From an uncultured Clostridium sp. (GTDB taxonomy: Bacteria; Bacillota_I; Bacilli_A; RF39; UBA660), in the NCBI GenBank assembly GCA_905193755.1, contig CAJJPX010000001.1, positions 142,550 to 206,549 on the forward strand: DNA of 64,000 bases, read 5' to 3'. Made by a program: the position numbers and the translations under genes. The notes under the pieces were generated by a model. The model was not told the DNA's origin. It did not search any database and worked only from the letters and a program-made list of their open reading frames with translations. How positions within the stretch are numbered: the first letter of the stretch is position 1; every line of letters begins with the position of its first letter. This document shows positions 49,592 through 59,815 of the stretch, piece after piece.

Positions 49592-50700
49592 GATTCCACC
49601 TCAAACTCTATAGTACAATTATTATCTTTCATCAAGCAAAAACTCTTACTATTTTTATCATATCTAAAAGTATATTCATTATCTTTAGTAGTTAATATTA
49701 CTTCTTCATCATTCTCTTTTGATTCATAACTATATGACTTTAAAGCATCTTTTATTTCATCTTCGCTTATCTTTTCTTTAGTAGTAATAAACATATTATA
49801 TGAATCATATACTTTAACAGTCATATCATCACTTACCCAAGTTTTTTGATAACCAGGAACACAAAAAGTACAAATGATAAATCCAAGAATAAATAATATT
49901 ATTTTAATATATTTACTTGAAGACTTTGGCGTCTTCCATACCCTTCTAGATATTGGAGTTATTGTTAGTAAACCAGAGGCTAAAATAAGTAAAGCTCCAA
50001 AAACATTATAATCCATGTATGTTATAGATAAAATTATCATATAAATAGCTAAGCAATTATAAAATTTATTTTTACTTTCAGGATGACTACTTACTTCATT
50101 ATAAATATCATATATCCAACCTACAAGAAATAATCCACCAGTAAATAAATACAAAAAACCCATACCAATTTTACCTTGAACAAACTTATGAAGCCCAAAT
50201 AAACCACCAAATATAACAAGTATTATATGATCTTTTCCATTCTTAACGCTCTTATTTTTAGCATCAATCTTATCATATTCACTAAAACTATCAATATATT
50301 TTTCATATTTAGTTTTGTATTTTTCTAACTCATTTTCACTAGCTAAAGTAATATATTTATTATAATATTTTTTAGCTTCTACTCTATACTCTTTAGATGT
50401 AAAGTCTTCAGTAACTGCTCTTAATAAACCTAACCATACTTCTTTATTATCAGCATATCTTTCTGACAAAGAATAATATATATCATAAGCTTTCTCATAT
50501 TCTTTAAATTTTAAATTAGCTCTTCCATTTTTAAATTCTTGTTCTTCATCTATTTGTCCTGCCATAATATGTTTAACTTTAGTAACTTCATCATCTATAA
50601 TAAACTCATTACCACAATATTCACATTTAGCATTCTTAGTATTTTCTGATACTTTTATTTTACCTTTGCATTTAGGACATTCTGTACTTATTAATTTCAT
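49588..50700 (-). CDS. Zn-ribbon / TPR-like hairpin / TM2-domain membrane protein
   Basis: CPKCKG..x13..CEYCGN, then EYEKAYDIYYSLS...EVWLGLLRA, then a TM2-like GGLFGLHKFVQGKIGMGFLYLFTGGLFLVGWIYD, and further TM segments. Confidence 0.65.
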   Translation of the reverse strand: MKLISTECPKCKGKIKVSENTKNAKCEYCGNEFIIDDEVTKVKHIMAGQIDEEQEFKNGRANLKFKEYEKAYDIYYSLSERYADNKEVWLGLLRAVTEDFTSKEYRVEAKKYYNKYITLASENELEKYKTKYEKYIDSFSEYDKIDAKNKSVKNGKDHIILVIFGGLFGLHKFVQGKIGMGFLYLFTGGLFLVGWIYDIYNEVSSHPESKNKFYNCLAIYMIILSITYMDYNVFGALLILASGLLTITPISRRVWKTPKSSSKYIKIILFILGFIICTFCVPGYQKTWVSDDMTVKVYDSYNMFITTKEKISEDEIKDALKSYSYESKENDEEVILTTKDNEYTFRYDKNSKSFCLMKDNNCTIEFEVES

Positions 50701-50710
50701 AAAACACTTC

Positions 50711-51247
50711 CTATTTCCATTTAGCTTCTAAAGTTATATTACTACTAACTACTTTATCAAAATTATATTTAACACCATTATAGTACCATCCATCAAATTC
50801 ATAATCTTCTTTAACTGGATCTTTTGGTGCGATAGCTATTTGATTTTCAACTACTTCTTGAGTAGTATTTTCTTCTCCATTATTGTATACAAATGTAACA
50901 ATAAATTTAAGTCTATAATCAGCTTTTAATGTTGTAGTACCTTCTACTTTATAATGACTATCAACATATCCACCATTTACATCCTTCCAACCTATAAAAC
51001 TATAACCTTTTTTCTCTGGTACTGGAAGTACAATCTCTTTATGTTTCTTTTCTCTAATACTACTAAAAACACTACCACCATCACTATCAAAACTAATAGT
51101 GTATTTCCCATCAAATATATATAAAAATAAAATAATAGCACCAACAAACAACACAAATGATACTATTAATTTAAAATAATTTTTCTTTTCAATTTCTTTT
51201 TTGTTTTTTATATTCTTTTTACCCTTTTTACTCATTCCTACCACCAT
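50711..51247 (-). CDS. membrane-anchored protein with Listeria-Bacteroides (InlB B-repeat type) repeats
   Basis: Lys-rich N-terminus plus one TM segment, then two repeats with the G(Y)(S/E)F.GW signature (KKGYSFIGWKD, EDYEFDGWYYNG). The true start may be ATG 51235. Confidence 0.7.
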   Translation of the reverse strand: MVVGMSKKGKKNIKNKKEIEKKNYFKLIVSFVLFVGAIILFLYIFDGKYTISFDSDGGSVFSSIREKKHKEIVLPVPEKKGYSFIGWKDVNGGYVDSHYKVEGTTTLKADYRLKFIVTFVYNNGEENTTQEVVENQIAIAPKDPVKEDYEFDGWYYNGVKYNFDKVVSSNITLEAKWK

Positions 51248-51301
51248 CTTAATTTTATCATAGAATACCTTCTAAAACTATAAGAAATTAAAAAAAGTTT
51301 A

Positions 51302-51822
51302 TTATTTTGAATAAACTTTTCCATTAACATATAATTTATATCCATTTAAATCTATATTAGACGCGTCTCCATCATATTCAAATGATGTAACATATGGGTC
51401 TCCAGTTAATTTAATTTTACTATTTTTATCAAGTTTTAATGTAATACTTTTAGCAGTATTATCTCCATTAATAGTTCCTTCAAAGTATGAACTATTAAGT
51501 GTCATATCAAGTGTTGATATTGAATCTACTATATATTACCAATAATATCTTGATTAGTTGCTTTGAATGTAACAGTTCCACCGTTAGAGCCACTATTTCC
51601 CCAAGAATCTTTTTGTATTCTTAAGAAGTTCCCAATACTATCATTATTAGTTATTTTATTATTTTCAAGTTCTATTGACGCAGTAGTATTTGTTACATAG
51701 AATGAGTCACCTTTATTAGTAATTATTTCACTATTTTTAGAAATGAATTTTGCTTCACCATCAGCAACATCACCACTCATAGATTGATATAAGAATATAT
51801 TTTTATAACTTAAAATTTTCAA
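51302..51822 (-). pseudogene. C-terminal remnant of a beta-helix carbohydrate-binding-type (Cthe_2159-like) protein, split by a stop
   Basis: Two consecutive ORFs (51529-51822 and 51302-51505) read as one sequence, ...GDSFYVTNTTASIELENNKI...WGNSGSNGGTVTFKATNQDIIGNI * VDSISTLDMTLNSSYFEGTING...KLTGDPYVTSFEYDG. No N-terminal part or signal peptide is present. The family call is tentative. Confidence 0.5.
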
Positions 51823-53702
51823 TATTTACGAATAGTCATTATAAGAGCTACCTCTTCTTTATCATTTATAATAAAAACCTTAAACCCACACACTTTTCCT
51901 ATAAAAGTATCATTATTTATATCTAAAATTTTTATAGTTGTATTTAAAAATTCAGGATCTAGATTTACTTCATTGCCATGTTCACTTTTATAAGAAATAT
52001 ATTCAACCTTACTCTTTGCTTGTTCTAAAATTTCTTTTTTACTAAATAATATAGTATCTTCTTCTATAAAACCATCAAAATACATTTTAGCATCAGGATA
52101 TATTTCATGATTTATAAGAGATTCACTTATCATATTATTCTTTATAAAGTTTTGCTTTTCGTCTTTTGTCCAATCATTTGAAAAAGAAACCTTAGCATTA
52201 GGAATATTATCACATTTTAAATAATAAGCAGTATATGAATTAGTTATAATAATTCCTCCTGTTTTTAATGGACAATAAGATTTTAAAATTACTTTTGAAT
52301 CATTTGCTTTTAAATAGTCTTCAATAACTTTACATCTTTTATCATCTTTTAATAACTTATACGTATCAGTTTTATTAATAAGATTTTTACCATTTAACAA
52401 ATTATTAACATCAAACTTTTCTTTTTGAATTTTATTTTTATCATTTATATTATCATTTACTTCTATTTTAATATTTTTCTCTATAATACATCTATCATAA
52501 ATTTCATTAGCATCAAAATAATCACTATGTTCATCAGTATCTAATGAATAAAAATATTCATGTTCAGCATTTCTATCTTCACCAAACTCAAATAACTTAT
52601 CTAAATGTTTTTTTACTGCCGAAGAAACCTGTATAATTTGTAAAATATTTACATCTATAGGATTTTTACCATAAAAATAATTAACAATTTTACTAATAAT
52701 AGCATAAGCCATAAAACCATATTTTGATTCTAATTCATCATCAGATATTTTAGAAATCTTTAACAAAAATGAATATATTTCCGAAGGTAACTTACCTTTC
52801 AAATCTAATAATTGTTCTTGTAGAATATCATTATCATTTGAAAAACACACATATCCATTTTTCTCATGAAGACTTTTGAATTCTTGATAAGTTCTATCTT
52901 GAAGTTCTACTTTCATCAACTTTTTAAAATCATCATAATCGTAATCCTTATATTTTACATACTCATTATTACTAACATTCTTTACATCTTCATCATTTTC
53001 ATATAATGATTTTACTAATCTATTTCCTGATTTTATCAATTTAATTTTTCCAATAGCACTATACTTTTTTAGAATGTAATTATCATAATTATCATCAAAA
53101 GTATTATTTTTTAAAAACTCTTCATACTCTTTAATATCATCAGAGAACTTCAATATTTCATCATCATAGTCATCTATATCACAATTATTAAATTTAAATC
53201 TATAATATGGAATTGTTTGTACTAATTCAGAAATTGCTGTACTTAAAGATTCATTTTTTAATTTTGAATTACATGATTTTATACTATTATCTATAAGTTC
53301 TTTTTTCTCTTCAAGTATTTCTTTTTCACTTTTTTCTTCTTTAGGTGTCTTTTCATATAATTTTGAAATGAAAAAAGCATAAAATTTATCACCATCAATT
53401 TTTACTAATGATTTTTCCATATTACTCCAAGTAATTTCTAATATGAATTCATTTTTATTTCCATATGCTAATGCACCAGGAGTTCCAAAAATCATACTTC
53501 CAACAAGAGAACCACCAATTGACTTTTTTTGAACTTGAGATTTATCACTATATTCAATAACAGTATCACCATTTACATAGCAAATAATTTTTCTATTTTT
53601 AACAATTACAACATTATGAGTATTATATATAAACACATAGCAATCTTGTAAATATCCACCTATTATTTCACCAATACATTTTTCTCTCCAAATTGTTTCC
53701 AT
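51819..53702 (-). CDS. hypothetical protein (627 aa), no recognised domain
   Basis: ORF track entry. Long uninterrupted frame in AT-rich DNA. Its stop overlaps the start of the remnant ORF by 4 nt. Confidence 0.55.
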   Translation of the reverse strand: METIWREKCIGEIIGGYLQDCYVFIYNTHNVVIVKNRKIICYVNGDTVIEYSDKSQVQKKSIGGSLVGSMIFGTPGALAYGNKNEFILEITWSNMEKSLVKIDGDKFYAFFISKLYEKTPKEEKSEKEILEEKKELIDNSIKSCNSKLKNESLSTAISELVQTIPYYRFKFNNCDIDDYDDEILKFSDDIKEYEEFLKNNTFDDNYDNYILKKYSAIGKIKLIKSGNRLVKSLYENDEDVKNVSNNEYVKYKDYDYDDFKKLMKVELQDRTYQEFKSLHEKNGYVCFSNDNDILQEQLLDLKGKLPSEIYSFLLKISKISDDELESKYGFMAYAIISKIVNYFYGKNPIDVNILQIIQVSSAVKKHLDKLFEFGEDRNAEHEYFYSLDTDEHSDYFDANEIYDRCIIEKNIKIEVNDNINDKNKIQKEKFDVNNLLNGKNLINKTDTYKLLKDDKRCKVIEDYLKANDSKVILKSYCPLKTGGIIITNSYTAYYLKCDNIPNAKVSFSNDWTKDEKQNFIKNNMISESLINHEIYPDAKMYFDGFIEEDTILFSKKEILEQAKSKVEYISYKSEHGNEVNLDPEFLNTTIKILDINNDTFIGKVCGFKVFIINDKEEVALIMTIRKY

Positions 53703-53833
53703 AATACCTTCTCCTTACTCATTATAGCTCATCTACCAAACTTAAAACAATTATATCATAAATATACCTATAATATATTAAAATAAAAATACTTAGATTA
53801 TTATCCAAGTATTCTTTACTAAATTATTTTAAG

Positions 53834-54979
53834 TTATTTCTTTCTTATATTACCAGTAATTATATCTTTAAGATTATTAATTAATACTTTAAAGTAAGAT
53901 GCTTTCTTTACTTCTTCATTAACAATTAAATCATATTTATATTCTTTAGAGTCATAAGTAAGTATTAGTTCTCCTACTTTAGTACCCTTCTTCAAAGGGG
54001 CTTTTAATTTATCAAGTTCTATCTTAGTACTATAGTTTACATCTCTAGTATTTTTATCAACAATTAATTTAACATCATTATCTAAGTAATAATTATATTC
54101 TTTATTTTCACTACCACTTATATTTATTTTACCAGTATATTCACTTTTCTTAAGTATTACCTCGCTTCCATACATACTGTATCCATACTCCATCATACCA
54201 ATCGTATCACTACTTCTGTTATCCTTAGAACTACTTTTCATAACAACACTTATAAGTCTCATATTATTTTTATTCATAGTTGCTGTAAGACAATAACCTG
54301 CTTTATCAGTATAACCTGTTTTAAGACCATCAATTCCTTTATAGAACTTAACAAGTTTATTAGTATTTACAAGCCAATGATTCTCTCCTGATACTGTTAT
54401 ATACTCATCATAAGTACTAGATATTTTAAGTGCAAGTTCATGCTTAACTAACTCACGAGCAATTAACGACATATCATAAGCAGTAGTTAAATGTCCATCT
54501 TCATCAAGACCATGAGGATTCTTAAAAGTGGTATTCTTACATCCAAGTTCTCTTGCTCTATCATTCATCATATTAACAAAATTCTCAACTGTACCACCTA
54601 ACTTTTCAGCAAGCGCAACAGCCGCATCATTCGCAGAAGCGATTCCTACACCCTTAATTAAATCTTCAACTTTAACATTACTTCCAGCTTCAACATATAT
54701 TTGAGTTCCACCCATATCTTGAGCATTCTTTGAAATTAACACTTCATCGTTCAAACTAATCTTCCCACTCTCAAGTGCTTCCATAGTTAAAAGCATAGTC
54801 ATAATTTTAGTCATAGAAGCAGGAGCCATCTTTTTATCTTTATCTTTCTCAAATAATATTTTCCCAGTACTAGCTTCTACTAAAATAGCAGTTTCACTAT
54901 TCTTAGCAAGTCCAACTTCACTTGCACTTACACTAACTAGCATAAATAAACATATAAATATAAAAAAGACTTTCTTCAT
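53834..54979 (-). CDS. D-alanyl-D-alanine carboxypeptidase (PBP5/S11 type)
   Basis: Signal peptide, SMTKIMT (SxxK), SANDAA (SxN) and KTGYT (KTG). Start moved to ATG 54979 behind GGTGA. Confidence 0.9.
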   Translation of the reverse strand: MKKVFFIFICLFMLVSVSASEVGLAKNSETAILVEASTGKILFEKDKDKKMAPASMTKIMTMLLTMEALESGKISLNDEVLISKNAQDMGGTQIYVEAGSNVKVEDLIKGVGIASANDAAVALAEKLGGTVENFVNMMNDRARELGCKNTTFKNPHGLDEDGHLTTAYDMSLIARELVKHELALKISSTYDEYITVSGENHWLVNTNKLVKFYKGIDGLKTGYTDKAGYCLTATMNKNNMRLISVVMKSSSKDNRSSDTIGMMEYGYSMYGSEVILKKSEYTGKINISGSENKEYNYYLDNDVKLIVDKNTRDVNYSTKIELDKLKAPLKKGTKVGELILTYDSKEYKYDLIVNEEVKKASYFKVLINNLKDIITGNIRKK

Positions 54980-55028
54980 ACATATCACCATTAAATAATA
55001 TGCATTTAAAATTCTTTTATCATTCTTT

Positions 55029-56171
55029 TTATATATTCTTTAAAGCAAACTCCAATACTCTATCTTTATTATTTATAAAATCTTCTTTAGTAGTTTTAAC
55101 ATAATAATCAGGTTTAAATATCACAGGTTTAAATACTTCACTACTCATCTTACTTACAACTTCTTTACTAGAAATTTTCATATTCATAGAAGGATTGAAA
55201 TAACAAGTCGATACCGCAAACCTATACTTTCCTATATTTAACCATATTTGTTCCCCATAAGAATTAAATGGAGTACTTATCCCTTCACCTACCGTTATAC
55301 ATCCAAGCTTAATCAAATCATAAAGTGCTAAACTGCCTGATGAAAATATCCTATAATCAGTTAAAACTATTAACTTCTTATCTCTATGTTCATTTAAAAA
55401 ATCTATTAAAGTCTTATTTAATCCAGAGTTTCCACCAATATTACCTCTTAAATCTATAATGATTTTATTAATCTTATCAAAATCTAAATAGTTTATTTCT
55501 CTTATAGACTCTTCTATTATATCTTTATACTCATTTTGTACTGAACAATGTCTATATATAAGAGTATCTTCTACCATCTTATAAATACCAGTTTCTCCAT
55601 AATAATATTCTTCTATATCAAATTGTTCATCACTAGTCATTACATCTTTTTTATCTATAATTCTCTTTTCAACTTCTCCATTAATAGTCTTAAATTCAAA
55701 TATTAACTCTTCACTATCTCTCAAAGATGGTAAACTAAATAATAAACTCATATCAAATAAGGATTTTTCAAGTTCATACCTTTTTCTCTCATCAGTTCCA
55801 TATACAATAATATCATCTAATTCATCTAATATTTTACCAATATTTATTGTATTTATAGATTCTAATGTACTACCTCTTAACCCATCAGGATAATTAACAA
55901 CTACTTCATTATCAAATATTCTATAGTTAAATGGAAGTATAACTGTTCTCATTCTAAATCTAGTGTGTGCATCATCCATACCACTTAGTCTTTTAATAAT
56001 ATAATTCATAAAGTAATTAAATCTGTATCCATCTTCAATTTTATATTTAGAAAGTAATTTTTTACATATAATTTCAAGTTCTTCTTTATTAATATTATGC
56101 CATGGATTAACATGTAATCTCTCATACTCATTTATAAATTCATCAAATGTATTTTTATAATATTCAAGCAT
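55029..56171 (-). CDS. S41-like peptidase family protein (no signal peptide)
   Basis: IIDLRGNIGGNSG (DLR.N.GG motif) and ...LTDYRIFSSGSLAL (Ser region). Assignment is tentative. Confidence 0.6.
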   Translation of the reverse strand: MLEYYKNTFDEFINEYERLHVNPWHNINKEELEIICKKLLSKYKIEDGYRFNYFMNYIIKRLSGMDDAHTRFRMRTVILPFNYRIFDNEVVVNYPDGLRGSTLESINTINIGKILDELDDIIVYGTDERKRYELEKSLFDMSLLFSLPSLRDSEELIFEFKTINGEVEKRIIDKKDVMTSDEQFDIEEYYYGETGIYKMVEDTLIYRHCSVQNEYKDIIEESIREINYLDFDKINKIIIDLRGNIGGNSGLNKTLIDFLNEHRDKKLIVLTDYRIFSSGSLALYDLIKLGCITVGEGISTPFNSYGEQIWLNIGKYRFAVSTCYFNPSMNMKISSKEVVSKMSSEVFKPVIFKPDYYVKTTKEDFINNKDRVLEFALKNI

Positions 56172-56256
56172 ATTTTACACTCCTAATATATTAATTATAG
56201 CATAATATTTTATAACATTTAAAAATTGTTAATCATAAGACTAACAATTTTTATAT

Positions 56257-56826
56257 TTATTTACTTTCTATTTTTCTCCTACAATATCTACAAGTTCCAG
56301 TTTTAGCAGTTAACATATTATCTGCACCACAATATGGACAAATAACAACGTTAGTATTTTTAGCAATCTCTCTTTTTTCTTTCATAATCAAATCATTTTT
56401 TCTTGATATTTCATCATTTCTTCTTTCTTGATTTGCTATATACGATCTAACTGAACTCTTTGTTTTATCAACTATCATAGATATTATAGAAGATAATATT
56501 AAAAATATAATACCAACTGTTATTAATAATTTACTATAACTTATAAAATCTACTTTATATAATTCACTATTAATAATTTTATTAAAATATGGAATATTAT
56601 CAGCACTATATTCAAACTTATCAAATAAAAATTTTAATAATTTTGGAAGTAATATTATAAGTCCAGTTGAAACTAAATAATATGGAGTAACAATTCTTCT
56701 TCTATCATAATAATAAACAATATATCTGAAGATTATTAAACATACCCCAAGAAAAGGAAGAAAATACAATAGTATTAAAATAACAGGAATACTGCATAAT
56801 AATCTTATTAATATGTTATTTCTCAT
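56257..56826 (-). CDS. membrane protein with a C-terminal Zn-ribbon (189 aa)
   Basis: 3-4 TM segments, then CPYCGA..x11..CRYCRR. Confidence 0.55.
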   Translation of the reverse strand: MRNNILIRLLCSIPVILILLYFLPFLGVCLIIFRYIVYYYDRRRIVTPYYLVSTGLIILLPKLLKFLFDKFEYSADNIPYFNKIINSELYKVDFISYSKLLITVGIIFLILSSIISMIVDKTKSSVRSYIANQERRNDEISRKNDLIMKEKREIAKNTNVVICPYCGADNMLTAKTGTCRYCRRKIESK

Positions 56827-56860
56827 AATTTACCTCACATTTAACTTCATATTATTTTTG

Positions 56861-58375
56861 TTACTTATTATCATTTTTAGTAAACTCATCCACAATAGCA
56901 CTTGCTCCAGGAATACTATTAGTAAAAGTTTTTAATAGTTTATTTTGAGCTGTAGCACCATTAACATTTGTATTATTTGCTCCTGAAATAGTTGAATTAG
57001 ATAGACCATTACGTCTTTTAATATATTTATCAACTTGTCTTAAGTTTGTTACTTCTCTTTCAGTTTCAATTTCATATGTATGTCTAGCACCAGCATTACG
57101 ATATCTACTATACATAATTATGAAATAAATAATACCTATAGATAAGAATATCCAAGAGCCCTCAAAATCATCTGCTGTAAAGAACATTAAGAATACACCT
57201 AATGCTTCTACCAAAGCAGAAATTGCAATTAATTTTGGCATATGAATTGGTACACTACCCATAGTTTCCCCAGTTCTAGCATTAACAGCTACATAATGAA
57301 GTAATTTCTTATCTCCTTTTACTTCTTGATAACTATATAACCATACTGGTAAATAAGCAGCTTTCCATTGCTGTCCTTTAATACTGAAATCTTCTTGTGA
57401 CCAAGCTACACCTCTATCATAATTTTTTAATGAATCATTAGCAGCAAATCTTACTACATCTTTAGCTTGAACATCAACTACCGTTTTAAGAGCGTTTACA
57501 TTTACATCTCTCTTTTCTGAAGTATAACCTCTTAAATAATTAGCATTATATTTAACAGCATTTTCAGTATCAAAAGGCATAATAGCATTTATAACATTAT
57601 TAGTTTTACTCTTATCCTCATTATTTAATCTATCACTACTTGATTCAACAGTTAATCCTTTAATTGCTAAATCAAATTCTCTTTCTACATCATATAGATC
57701 AGCATCATATCTTATTTCTTGTCCATTACCTACTTTAACTGTATATGAATGTACTAAATGTTCACCTTGACCAATAAGTTTAGCATGAGAATTTACATCT
57801 ACTATCATATATGGAAAATAAACGCCCATTATATTATTAGTAGTAAATTCTTTAGTGAATGTTGGATGAGCAAAGAATTTTCTTTTACCAACAAATTTTT
57901 CTATAGAACCTTTTGCTTGATCTTTAGTCATCTTAAATGGTAATACTACATCAGGTATAGCACCATTTGGTATTTGTTGATTTACTGATAATACATTTCT
58001 ACACCAGTGACATCTAGCAGTACTAGCTTCACTTGTATCAATTACTACTTCTGCTCCACAACTACTACATTTGAATGTTAATACATCTTTTGTATCAGCT
58101 ATTATATTTTGAGCACCTGAACCCATAACTTGACCAGTTAAATTTTTAATATCTGTTTCCATACCAGATATTTTTTCAGGCTCAAATTCATGTCTACAGA
58201 AATTACATCTTAATTTACCATTATTAGCATTTAATGATATATCAGTAGCTCCACATTTAGGACATTTATTTTGTCCATCGACTGAACCCTCATCAGTTTT
58301 AATGATTTTAGGTTCAGTTGATGTAACATTTTCATTATTAGTAGGAGTAATATTTTCTAAATTATTACTCTTCAT
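56861..58375 (-). CDS. double Zn-ribbon protein with a C-terminal TM hairpin (YdjG-like, TFIIB-type ribbon)
   Basis: CPKCGA..CNFCRH and CSSCGA..CHWCRN, a ~250-aa central domain, and two C-terminal TM segments. Its start lies 3 nt after the upstream SPFH gene. Confidence 0.6.
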   Translation of the reverse strand: MKSNNLENITPTNNENVTSTEPKIIKTDEGSVDGQNKCPKCGATDISLNANNGKLRCNFCRHEFEPEKISGMETDIKNLTGQVMGSGAQNIIADTKDVLTFKCSSCGAEVVIDTSEASTARCHWCRNVLSVNQQIPNGAIPDVVLPFKMTKDQAKGSIEKFVGKRKFFAHPTFTKEFTTNNIMGVYFPYMIVDVNSHAKLIGQGEHLVHSYTVKVGNGQEIRYDADLYDVEREFDLAIKGLTVESSSDRLNNEDKSKTNNVINAIMPFDTENAVKYNANYLRGYTSEKRDVNVNALKTVVDVQAKDVVRFAANDSLKNYDRGVAWSQEDFSIKGQQWKAAYLPVWLYSYQEVKGDKKLLHYVAVNARTGETMGSVPIHMPKLIAISALVEALGVFLMFFTADDFEGSWIFLSIGIIYFIIMYSRYRNAGARHTYEIETEREVTNLRQVDKYIKRRNGLSNSTISGANNTNVNGATAQNKLLKTFTNSIPGASAIVDEFTKNDNK

Positions 58376-58378
58376 ATA

Positions 58379-59614
58379 CTATATACCTAATAATTGTTTC
58401 TTTTTAGCTTCAAAATCTTCTTGAGTAATAATTCCTGCATCTAATAATTCTTTAGCTTTTTTAAGTTCAGCATAAGGATCAGCTTGAGCAGGTTCAGCTT
58501 GAACTTGTTGTGGTTGAGCTTCAGGTGTAGGTTGAGTAGCAGCAGCACCAGCTACATTAATAAATGGATTTTGATTAGCATTTGCAGGTTGTTGCATACT
58601 ATTCATCATTCCACTTCCAGCTTGCATTCCCATACCCATAAATGCCATACCAGTTCCACCACCATTTTCACCAGCAGCTTGAACTCCACGAGCAACTGAT
58701 TGTTGCATAAATGAGTTACCTCTAGCACCACTAAGAGCATCAGCTTTCTTAACATCACTAAGAAGTGCTTTAGTATCCTCATCATATTCAATAGATAAAA
58801 TAGCAGTTTTAACGATTTCTAAACCTCTACTTGTTCTCCATTGATATGCATCTTCTACTGCTTGTGCCATAGCTTGAGCAAATCCAATTTGATCAGCTTG
58901 AATTTTAGAAATTCTATTTCCTTTACTTGGATCATTTGTATAATTAGAGAATGCTGCTGATAAAGTACCAACTACTTCATTAAATAATTGAGTAGCTGCA
59001 TCATTATCCATATCAGCAAAATCAAATACTGGAGCTCCTGGAGTTAAATATTTTTGTGGTACAAAGTTTTTAACAAATAATAGAGGGTCTACTATTTTTA
59101 ATGTATAAGTACCTCTAGTAACAGCTCCTACTTGAGTATTTAGATATGCATCATCCCAATAAATTTCTGATTGAGTTCCAAATCTATTATTTGGTATTTC
59201 TTTTAAATTGATATAGAAAGCTAATTGTTGACTAGTAGCTTGTCCACCAAATTTAAATCTTTCCCAAGATGTTCCTATAGTTGATGATAAAATTCCATCT
59301 CCTGCAAACATACTTCTTGAATTAGGATCATCTGATTTAAATTCAAATCCTCCTGGTTCTGCAATTAAGCCAGTAATTTGTCCATCTTGTAATGTAATTA
59401 ATGCTGTACCTTCAGGAACAATAATTTTACTACCATTTGTAATTACATTTTCTTGTCCCTTATAATTTTCTCCAACACCATTATTTGTACCTTTTGGTAC
59501 TGCCTTAAATAATGCTGCTGTTGCTGGAACACCTTCAGTTGGTCCGTAAAAATCCTTCCATTGATCAGCAAATGTGCCACTTATAGCACCACTAAATGCT
59601 TTAATAAATCCCAT
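58379..59614 (-). CDS. SPFH-like (COG4260/YdjI-type 'virion core protein-like') protein with a C-terminal SHOCT domain
   Basis: N-terminal MGFIKAFSGAISGTFADQWKDF, a Met/Gly/Gln-rich linker, and C-terminal ELKKAKELLDAGIITQEDFEAKKKQLL (SHOCT). Start moved to ATG 59614 behind GAGGT. Confidence 0.75.
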   Translation of the reverse strand: MGFIKAFSGAISGTFADQWKDFYGPTEGVPATAALFKAVPKGTNNGVGENYKGQENVITNGSKIIVPEGTALITLQDGQITGLIAEPGGFEFKSDDPNSRSMFAGDGILSSTIGTSWERFKFGGQATSQQLAFYINLKEIPNNRFGTQSEIYWDDAYLNTQVGAVTRGTYTLKIVDPLLFVKNFVPQKYLTPGAPVFDFADMDNDAATQLFNEVVGTLSAAFSNYTNDPSKGNRISKIQADQIGFAQAMAQAVEDAYQWRTSRGLEIVKTAILSIEYDEDTKALLSDVKKADALSGARGNSFMQQSVARGVQAAGENGGGTGMAFMGMGMQAGSGMMNSMQQPANANQNPFINVAGAAATQPTPEAQPQQVQAEPAQADPYAELKKAKELLDAGIITQEDFEAKKKQLLGI

Positions 59615-59777
59615 AATCTTACCTCTCTTCTTTAGCATTTTTAAATAAAGTTATAAAAAAAAGATATAAATTATTAAAAGTATTGAGTATCAAAAATACT
59701 ACTCCCTCTAAAACTATATTTTTATCTATACTCTATCTATCATTTTAATTATATCATAAATCATATTAATTACTACT

Positions 59778-59807
59778 AAAAAAGACATATTTTTTTAAGT
59801 ATGTCCT
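59778..59807 (-). terminator. possible terminator after the stomatin-like gene
   Basis: GACAUA-10 nt-UAUGUC followed by UUUUUUAGU on the minus strand. The stem is short and the loop is long. Confidence 0.4.
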
Positions 59808-59815
59808 TTATTTTC

